DNA of 64,000 bases from Mayamaea pseudoterrestris (taxonomy: Eukaryota): the NCBI GenBank assembly GCA_027923505.1, contig BROI01000001.1:1426001-1490000 (forward strand). Direction: 5' to 3'. Below the pieces are notes generated by a model. It searched no databases and was not told the DNA's origin. It worked only from the letters and a program-made list of their open reading frames with translations. Positions 56,101-64,000 of this stretch are shown here, piece by piece. Position 1 is the stretch's first letter, and every line of letters starts with the position of its first letter. The position numbers and the translations under genes were made by a program.

Positions 56101-56662
56101 CATCATGTATTATCTACTGAAAAATCCTACTCTATACTATGTTGCTATCCTGATCTACCGGTAGAATGACGGTACGGTCATAACTGTACGTCCAGTACCG
56201 GTAGTAGCGAACTACTACCTCGTTTATGCTACGCGTCATGTGTAATGCACATCACTGGGGATTGTTTTGAAGCTCTTGGAGTTCGCTTATCGTACTAAAA
56301 TGATAGATTACACATGGAGCATACAGCTGAAAGCAGTTGTTTGCCGCGGGATCACTTGGCGTTGCGTTAAGGAAACTTTTCGCGAGCAGCTGCCAAGAGC
56401 TGATCTGGCACGATCGAATGTCACTTGTGATACTCAGATCATGCATGCCGGATTTCTTTATTATTGCCCGTCAGTTCTCTAGTGCAATTTCGTTAATTAC
56501 GTCCTCCACCAGAAGGACTGTAAGATTGATCCCATTGGCTCATTCGTCTCCGATGCCCAGAGAGTTTCGATGACATGGCTCATGCATTCATCCGGATGCC
56601 AATTCACTCAGCTACTCACAAATTCAAAATTAACCGATACGACCTTCCCGTACCTTTCCACC

Positions 56663-57214
56663 ATGACCACCAAAGGCAATCTCAAAAGCCATTTGACCAA
56701 AAACCGCCACGCTAAGCATCAGACGGGAGCTTGCTGGCATAAAAACGGCGACGTCTTCCTGGATGTATCTCGTCTCGAAGAACTCATTTGCGTCGACCTC
56801 CCTCGGCTGACAAATCGCCCGCAATTGGGCTCACGATTCGTTGGCCTTGCCGAGCGTTATGAATCCACTCACAATGACGATTTCTCGGAAAGCCGCAACA
56901 CTACGTCCTCATCGTCAGGTTTTACCAACCCCGAGTTGGATCAGGCTGTCCAGTTTCTCATGGAGGTTATTAATCGACCCAGATACACGGCGCTCCTCCC
57001 GCCTCAGATCCTTTCGGAGATCCATTCCTTTTGCGGTGTCATTCACGACATGCATCGCGAATTCGCCTCGTCGGAGCAGTCGCATCTTCGAGCCCTGTGG
57101 GTAGCAAGGAACTTGAAGGACTACAACAAGGGGCAAGTACAAGCTTCGGTGAAGCAGTTAAATGACCGTCCTCATGAAGTAACGAGACATTCAGGCGAGG
57201 CGGGAAAGATCTGA
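56663..57214 (+). CDS. Hypothetical protein, paralog B
   Basis: Shares LDV.RLEELIC.DLPR, LSEIHSFCG.IHDM and QSHLRA.W.AR with paralog A. Confidence 0.75.
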   Translation: MTTKGNLKSHLTKNRHAKHQTGACWHKNGDVFLDVSRLEELICVDLPRLTNRPQLGSRFVGLAERYESTHNDDFSESRNTTSSSSGFTNPELDQAVQFLMEVINRPRYTALLPPQILSEIHSFCGVIHDMHREFASSEQSHLRALWVARNLKDYNKGQVQASVKQLNDRPHEVTRHSGEAGKI

Positions 57215-57536
57215 CAGGTGTTCAACTTTATATTTCCACCTACATATTGGGCAGTCACCTTCATATTCGGCATCGCTTCATAACAACTCATAACAAACAT
57301 ACAACTTAGATAGAATTCACTTGCCAGTTACTACAAGCACCGCAATTGTTGGGCTCCCGTTTAGTAGCCGTAAAAGCTATGCTAGCCCGAGCCGCCAGTT
57401 TCAAGGCAAGATTATCGTATTCGTGCGGGCTATCGCTTGTGTAGTAGCTCCCGGGTCAGCATGCAACATTTGCTCATCCCGCCAATGGAGGTACAAACGA
57501 TTGTTCGGGACGGCTCTTTTAACTATTATTTAACTT

Positions 57537-60356
57537 TCAAGCAAACGGATTCTTCGTCTTGATAGGCGAGTCGTCGCTGAGAATACTGTTCAGCAGCCCG
57601 CTACCAAGAAATGCACTTCCATCTCCATTGGCAAAAAGGTCAACCATAAAATCACTAGCAGGTGGATCAAACACGCCGGCAGTGGATAATGGTATGTTAA
57701 CGGCGCCAGCAAAAGGATTCGCAGTTTCAAAGTTTGACGCACTCCCGAATAAAAGAGGTGACTCGAAAAGGTACATCGGCTGGTGTTGACTCGTAGGTGG
57801 AAAGGCAATGGTCGTCGCTTGTTGCATCTCGAGTGGTCGGGTAGCCATACTAACGGCTGGAGATGATACTGAGCCAAAACCTGGTGGGGGTGCCATTCCA
57901 GGAGGTAGTGGAGGACTTGACATTCCAAGAGGCATCGGAGGGGTAGCTTTCGGTAGTGGCTCGACAGGCGCAAACATTGGTAGCGCCAGCTTATCCGAAA
58001 CACGACCCTCGATGGAATCGGCCTTGGTATCAACAATTACATCCGTTCGAGTATGCGGCTCGTTCAATGCCGGCACGGAAGGGGCAGTCGGCTGCTTCTG
58101 CTGCTGCAAGAGCGCACCAGGAACCAACAGCGGAACTCCTCCATTCACGTCCGTCTTGTAAACAAGGGCAGGGGGTTCTTTAATAAAGTCTCCAGCAGCA
58201 ATTTCGTCATCGTCCATGCGCACATTGTCGCCATCTTCGCGGTCAATGACAGCGGGAACGTCATTGTGCTCGCTGTCGGTCATTTCATCGTCCACAGGCT
58301 CTTCAGTAGTCGTCTGCCACGTCAATTTGCCGTTCAACACGCTTCGTTCAACGCGCTGTCCAGCCGGCGACGTGACATCCTTGACAAGTTCATTGCCAAA
58401 TTGTATGCACCGAGCCACCTTGGCGCAAGCATCCTCCAACTGCGTAGCGCCACTGCTGCTAGTGTTACTGCGGTGACTTTGCACCGATTGGACGCTCCTG
58501 GTTGCCGACTCTTGCGTGCGCGCCGTATTCGCCGTCAGCATGGACACTTGCGACGAGGCTCCAGCTGGAGTGGCATCATCATGGAGGCGCAAGACATCCA
58601 TTGCCTCGCCATCCGAAATGTATCCATCATTGAGTTTGCCTAAAAAGCCTTGAAACGGTCCAAACCCACGCAAAGACTGATACTGCTTAAATTCGCTGCT
58701 CTTGACCTTGCCAGCTACCTCCAGATTTAAATCCATCATGCGAGCCAACTCCTGGAGCAAGTTGATAATGTCAATCGTTTTGCTCCAAAAGTCTTCACTG
58801 GTTTGAGCCATCTTGACATGTACAGTATCTTCGCCGCCGCCATGACGCGCAACTGTACGTTGCGGTTGTCGCTGCGCTTGGTACAAGTACTCGGTCAAGA
58901 GCATGAGCGGCAATAACAGCTTGACGGACGACAAGGAGACTGGAGCGGCCTTTTTCTGCACATACATTTGCTGCTCCACTTGCTTTTTCAAACCCATCAA
59001 TATACGCTCGGCCAGTGCACTGGCCAGTTTCAACGTGGCAGACTTGGCCACTGGCAAAATGTTGTCACTACCGTTAGTTGCTGCACTCTGTCGACTCATC
59101 GCAAAGTGCTCGCCTTGCGCCAAAATGCAAACAATCTTGATGAGCAAGCCTTCGCCAATGACCGCTTGCTGCAGCAAGTTGGTGAACAAGTCAACCAACC
59201 GATTTACGCAATCTTCGTCAATCGTACAGGCAGAATTGCTAATCTTGCACTGTAAGTCCACCAGTTCCGTCAAGAAGCGCTTGCTCAACGTACTCTTTGC
59301 CTGACTCGCTGGCTTGGTCAGAATCTGCAGCTTGCTGTTATCATCGTCATGACTGTTATTTGCTTGTTGCTCCAACTCTACTTGTTCCTCCTGCTCTTGC
59401 TGCATCAAACCGTTCAATACCCGCTTATTATCCTTATACAGTCGCTGCAAGTTACCAAGCGCCGGTGTGAACGAGTCGCTCGTGGCCGCCAGCGCGCGAA
59501 AATAGTAGCACAGCGCCACGAGGTAGTGAGGCGACTGCTGGTGCGTGAGCACGGCGAGTTGATTAAAGGCGTTGCCGTGGCCGGGCGCCAGCATCGCCGA
59601 CTGCGTGTAGCATGTTTGCGCCTTGCTGTAGTCGTTCGAATAGCGATGCAAGTCGCCCAAGTGAATGTAGAGGCGGGTCAAGCAGGAGACAATGCCGGTA
59701 GTTGAAGTAGTTGCGGCATTTGTTTGTGACGTTGATCCGTTCTCCTTGTCCATGTCATCTTCGTCAATCGTTTCTTGACTACTCGTGACGGAATAGTCGT
59801 CGTCGCCATTGTCTCGTTGCTGATTCGTGACGCGACCTTGGTAGCCATCGGCAAGCTTGGCCTGCATGGCATCGACCAAATAGTCGTACAAACCAATCGA
59901 CTGCTCCATGAACGTCTTCCAGCTCGCTTCCCATTCTGGTGTAATTGTAGTAGTCGACTTGCTATTGCTACCAGCTGCACTCGCTTGTTGCTGCTGCTCC
60001 CGCTGGCGCTTGGCCAAAGTCAACGTTCCCGACTTGCACGAGTCGTAAAAGCAGCTCGACCACAATCGATCGGGCAGTCGCTCCGTCGCCGCCAGCGCTG
60101 GACTCAGCAAGATCAAATGCGAAAGCACTTCGCATAATGAAAAGCGAATCTGCTTCATGTTGCTATTGCTGCTGTTACTTGATGAGTGCTTGGCATTCGT
60201 TTCTTGCTGCTGCTTACTCGCTTTATGTAGCTGCTCCTCGAGCGTTTGCGCGCGCGCCAAACCTTGCTGAAACTCAATCTGGATGGCACCGGGAGACATT
60301 GTCGAAATTTCAGGTCCTCGTCGCGGCCCTGGCGTCGGCGGCGTGGAGCGAGGCAT
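57537..60356 (-). CDS. SMG7/EST1-like TPR protein (NMD/telomerase-associated family)
   Basis: L...LW..CFY, HLGDLHRY, Y.QS..LAP.HGNAFNQLAVL and YYFRAL...F..A..NL..L; Pro-rich C-terminus with no PIN domain seen. Confidence 0.8.
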   Translation of the reverse strand: MPRSTPPTPGPRRGPEISTMSPGAIQIEFQQGLARAQTLEEQLHKASKQQQETNAKHSSSNSSNSNMKQIRFSLCEVLSHLILLSPALAATERLPDRLWSSCFYDSCKSGTLTLAKRQREQQQQASAAGSNSKSTTTITPEWEASWKTFMEQSIGLYDYLVDAMQAKLADGYQGRVTNQQRDNGDDDYSVTSSQETIDEDDMDKENGSTSQTNAATTSTTGIVSCLTRLYIHLGDLHRYSNDYSKAQTCYTQSAMLAPGHGNAFNQLAVLTHQQSPHYLVALCYYFRALAATSDSFTPALGNLQRLYKDNKRVLNGLMQQEQEEQVELEQQANNSHDDDNSKLQILTKPASQAKSTLSKRFLTELVDLQCKISNSACTIDEDCVNRLVDLFTNLLQQAVIGEGLLIKIVCILAQGEHFAMSRQSAATNGSDNILPVAKSATLKLASALAERILMGLKKQVEQQMYVQKKAAPVSLSSVKLLLPLMLLTEYLYQAQRQPQRTVARHGGGEDTVHVKMAQTSEDFWSKTIDIINLLQELARMMDLNLEVAGKVKSSEFKQYQSLRGFGPFQGFLGKLNDGYISDGEAMDVLRLHDDATPAGASSQVSMLTANTARTQESATRSVQSVQSHRSNTSSSGATQLEDACAKVARCIQFGNELVKDVTSPAGQRVERSVLNGKLTWQTTTEEPVDDEMTDSEHNDVPAVIDREDGDNVRMDDDEIAAGDFIKEPPALVYKTDVNGGVPLLVPGALLQQQKQPTAPSVPALNEPHTRTDVIVDTKADSIEGRVSDKLALPMFAPVEPLPKATPPMPLGMSSPPLPPGMAPPPGFGSVSSPAVSMATRPLEMQQATTIAFPPTSQHQPMYLFESPLLFGSASNFETANPFAGAVNIPLSTAGVFDPPASDFMVDLFANGDGSAFLGSGLLNSILSDDSPIKTKNPFA

Positions 60357-60707
60357 GACGTTTTGATCGCGAAAAAAGGCTTTGACGGCCTGCCTCGCTC
60401 CAACAAGGGTCGTTCGAGAGGATCCAGTTGCTCTCTACTCAGACCCCTACTTCTTTCTCAAACTAGCGACCAAGTAATATGAGATTCAAGAGCCTATCTT
60501 ACAAGAGCCCAAAGCAAGCATGAATCTCCGCATTTTGAATGAGGATGATGGATGAAGACTCGCCGCTTGCGTTCGTTGGTGGCGCGGTTCGTGCAAGCGG
60601 TGATGAAAACGCAAATTGGCGATCGTGCTATTTGTGACGTCATTCATGCCGCGCCGTCGCGCCGCGCCTTGATCATGCTGCCCATCATTACATTCCTCGC
60701 AACCACC

Positions 60708-61109
60708 ATGATTCGCTCACGCCGGATACCCCAAGTTTTGGATCGCATATGCGACAATGACGACGAAAACAATAAGAACATTCTCTCGGCCGTCTTGGTG
60801 ACTCTGGACGGTGAGCTCCTTGGAACATCGTCGAACTGCCACAGTCTGCAACCCGACGTTGTTTCCTTTGGCACGCTCGTTTCCGACATGTATTCCGACT
60901 ACGTGCGCCTCGGTGCGTCATGTGTCGAAAAGAGTCAGTTGCAGTGTTTGGTGTTGGAGCTCGAACGAAACGTCTTGGCCGTGGCGCAGTGCGGCGAGCA
61001 GTGTTTAGTGATAGTCGTGGCGGCGCCGCACGCGCCACTTGGGTTAGTCAAGGCGAAACTGGAAGCAACGGCAGCGTTTGTGCAGGAGGCACTGTCGAGT
61101 ATTGATTGA
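60708..61109 (+). CDS. Roadblock/LC7 domain protein (LAMTOR2-like)
   Basis: About 133 aa; AVLVTLDGELLG and APLGLVKAKLEA....V...L. Confidence 0.75.
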   Translation: MIRSRRIPQVLDRICDNDDENNKNILSAVLVTLDGELLGTSSNCHSLQPDVVSFGTLVSDMYSDYVRLGASCVEKSQLQCLVLELERNVLAVAQCGEQCLVIVVAAPHAPLGLVKAKLEATAAFVQEALSSID

Positions 61110-61303
61110 ATGTGAGAAGAGGAGAGAATATGGATGCACTGATGCTAGTTGCAAGCATGCAAAACGTCGTTCACAGTGACTGCACGAGAAGCTCAAGTAC
61201 TTTGACTTGTTATTGTAAATATAATATCCTACTGCATAGGTAAAAAGTAGGAGCGATGAAACCATGAACATGTAGCGTTATTACTGTTACACACATCTTA
61301 TTA

Positions 61304-61771
61304 TTAATCAACAATCAGTTCATCAACGGACCAATCTTCATGAGAATTATCCGGCAGATAGCGTCGAATAATGATTGGAATCTTTTTCTCGCGCAGCTCC
61401 TTTTCCGCAATGCGGAGCGGATCCGTTTCGCCGTCCAAGTCCACCATGACGGGCGCGTTCATGCTAATCTGCAGCGCGCGGGTGCCCAAGACGCGGGCCT
61501 TTTCGTATTTTGTCAAATAGCGTGTTGTGATGCGCTCCGATGCAGCCACGTTGCGGCGGCCAGTGCCGTCAGTGTCACTGACAATTGTCACTAGATTGTC
61601 GTTGCGTTCCCCCGTCACGTCCAATGCGTCGTCGTCGTCGTCGTCGTCGTCATCGTCATGCATGTTGTTCATGTCGTCGTCGTCAAGCTGCTCCTGATCG
61701 GATGGATCGTACATGCTACCGTTGCCGCCGCCATCGTCGCCGCCACCCATGTTTCCTTCGTCGTCCGACAT
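61304..61771 (-). CDS. RPB6: RNA polymerases I/II/III shared subunit RPABC2
   Basis: [28 protein letters not shown]...[11 protein letters not shown]; acidic N-terminus. Confidence 0.97.
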   Translation of the reverse strand: MSDDEGNMGGGDDGGGNGSMYDPSDQEQLDDDDMNNMHDDDDDDDDDDALDVTGERNDNLVTIVSDTDGTGRRNVAASERITTRYLTKYEKARVLGTRALQISMNAPVMVDLDGETDPLRIAEKELREKKIPIIIRRYLPDNSHEDWSVDELIVD

Positions 61772-61925
61772 TGTTGTAACGTAAATGCGTGGCGCGTCAA
61801 GGAACTGGTAACGTTGTTGCTGAAGCGAGGTTGATGCGCTGCGAAACCCGAATACTGTACAAGTACTCGAATGATTGTTCCTGCGCATGGATTCGATGGC
61901 TGCGTGCCGCCGCTCGATCAAGTCG

Positions 61926-61955
61926 TGACGTCATAATGACGTCACCATGACGTCA
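61926..61955. promoter_or_regulatory. Three TGACGTCA (CRE-like) palindromes in the RPB6/ABCF divergent promoter
   Basis: TGACGTCA at 61926, 61937 and 61948. Confidence 0.6.
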
Positions 61956-62075
61956 TGATGGCGCGACCGTCACACGTTCGACCATGGAGGAAGCTGCGTC
62001 AAACGTTTTTCAAGTCTCTCTCGCTTTGTGGAAAACCCAGCATTTTAACACTTTACGAATTACACTCTTATCATC

Positions 62076-63958
62076 ATGGCTTCCAAGTGGCACCAAAAGA
62101 AGAATAAATTAGCTGAAATACAGTTTGAAAAGGATCTGCTCAGTCGGCCAGGTGAGTGGGTGAATGAATGTTACAATATTGCTTTCATGCAACTATATTC
62201 GTAATAATGGCAGCAAATATCAAGTCGAAATAACATGAGATGAAACACCTATTTACTCACCATACATTATATAGACGACACGACGCAGGAGGTGCGAGGC
62301 TTGAACGACGGCGAGTCGGAGCTCTTTGAGCGCAAGCAAAGCAAGGAGGAAAAAAAGGCGGCGGCCAAGGCGGCCCGAGAAGCCAAGCGCAAGGCCAAGC
62401 AGGCGAGTGATGATAATGATAATGACAATGATAATGACAATTCGCAGCAGCAAGCCAACGTTAATCTGCATGACGCTGCGTCACTCGCACTCGAGCAAAC
62501 CAAGCAACTCGCCGCCGCAACAACCTCACTGGCCGCCGACGACGGCTTGAACCACGACGCGTCCGACGCGTTGGCTGCCAGCGGCACCATTTGCACGTTT
62601 GCGTCATCGGCGCGACTCGTCGACGCCCGGAGCCGCGACGTGTGCGTCCGCAACGTGACGCTGCAGCACTGCGGCGCCGTTTTGCTGCACGAGACGGATG
62701 TTACTTTGAACCACGGCAATCGCTACGGACTCATTGGCCGCAACGGTTGCGGCAAGAGTACACTGCTCAAAGTGCTTGGTGCGAGGGCGTTGCCGATTCC
62801 GCGCGGCATTGATATATTCTTTCTGTCCGAGGAAGTGGAACCGTCCAGTACATTGACGGCGCTCGATGCCGTCATGTCGGTGGATGAGGAGCGACTGGCG
62901 CTGGAGCGTCAGGCGGAGGATTTGAACCATATATTGGCGGAACTGGCCAACAAGGAGGCGGACGGCGAAAACGTGGAGGACGGTGACGGCAAGACGTTTG
63001 AGGAACAAACGGAGGAAATCATGGAGTCGCTCAACATGGTGTACGAGCGACTGGATGCCATGGATGCGTCGACTGCCGAAGTGCGGGCCCGGTCGATTCT
63101 TCGTGGTTTGGGGTTTACGCATGAAATGCAGGGCAAGCTGACCAAGGACTTTTCGGGTGGTTGGAGAATGCGTGTCAGCTTGGCGAGGGCCTTGTTCATT
63201 CAACCGGTTTGTTTGCTACTTGATGAACGTGAGTGAGAGAGTTCGGATGGATTGTGAGTGAGTGAATGCAGTCTTCATCGTACTGAAAGCTAAAACGATC
63301 TTTTGCTTGTTTCTTTCCTGATGACACAGCGACAAATCATTTGGACATGGAGGCTGTCATTTGGCTGGAAGACTACCTATCCAAGTGGAACCGTATTCTC
63401 TTGTTGGTATCTCATTCACAAGATTTTCTCAATGGCGTTTGTACCCACATGATTGACATTCACCAAAAGAAGCTCCAATACTATGACGGCAATTACGATT
63501 CGTACGTCAAGACACGAGACGAAAAGCTAGAGAACCAATGGAAACAATACAAGTGGGAGCAAGAGCAAATGAAGAGCATGAAGGATTACATTGCAAGGTT
63601 TGGGCACGGAACGTCAAAGAATGCCAAGCAGGTATGTACCATACTTGACTCGTATCGATTCTTGTATCGCAGGCTATGCTCTAGCTAACCCCATCCGCCC
63701 ATGGACTCGTCTTCACAGGCTCAAAGCAAGGAGAAGGTGCTGCAAAAGATGGTGAGAGCAGGTCTTACGGAGAAGCCAAGCGAGGAGAAGCCATTGAACT
63801 TCAAGTTTGCTGATCCCGGACACTTGCCACCTCCGGTGCTTGCGTTTCACGACGTTTCGTTCGCCTATTCAAACTGCGAGCCGCTGTATACGCGCGTGAA
63901 CCTTGGCATCGACTTGGATTCGCGCGTGGCTCTCGTCGGACCGAATGGAGCTGGAAAG
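62076..63958 (+). CDS. ABCF2: ABC-F family ATPase (ABCF2/ARB1-like), 3' partial; exons 62076-62151, 62275-63228, 63330-63631, 63719-63958
   Basis: [28 protein letters not shown] (spliced), [16 protein letters not shown] and a second Walker A GPNGAGK. The gene runs off the window end. Confidence 0.92.
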
Positions 63959-64000
63959 GTACGCACGTTCCATGGATTGGTGTATTCGCTCGCTGATGGT

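Overview
Gene-dense eukaryotic nuclear DNA. The short GT-AG introns, bipartite plastid-targeting leaders, helicase-associated (HA) domain protein and double-bZIP factor point to a diatom or other stramenopile; this taxonomy is inference. I can support about 31 protein-coding loci, mostly in tight head-to-head pairs: HID1, LRAT-like, HA-domain, a cNMP-domain/D-lactate dehydrogenase fusion, SGNH hydrolase, cytochrome c peroxidase, DUF2214, a P-loop kinase, two clathrin-repeat-derived paralogs, nucleolin, RNase Z, bZIP, DUF1350, CBP/p300-type HAT, myosin, fucokinase/GDP-fucose pyrophosphorylase, MnmE, a His-rich protein, GH47 mannosidase, LRR, NDUFB11, GrpE, G-patch, three unknowns, SMG7-like, LAMTOR2-like, RPB6 and a partial ABCF. 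I found no rRNA, tRNA, CRISPR or transposase. The most interesting items are the cNMP-LDH fusion, the inverted pair of clathrin-fragment genes (one fused to a USP8-dimer-like domain), a bromodomain inserted in the p300 HAT autoinhibitory-loop position, a tandem-duplicated His-rich membrane-anchored protein, a CpG-eroded Pro/Ser repeat relic, and recurring palindromic cis-motifs (TACCGGTA; triple phased TGACGTCA). All family calls come from motif recognition by eye, with no database searches.
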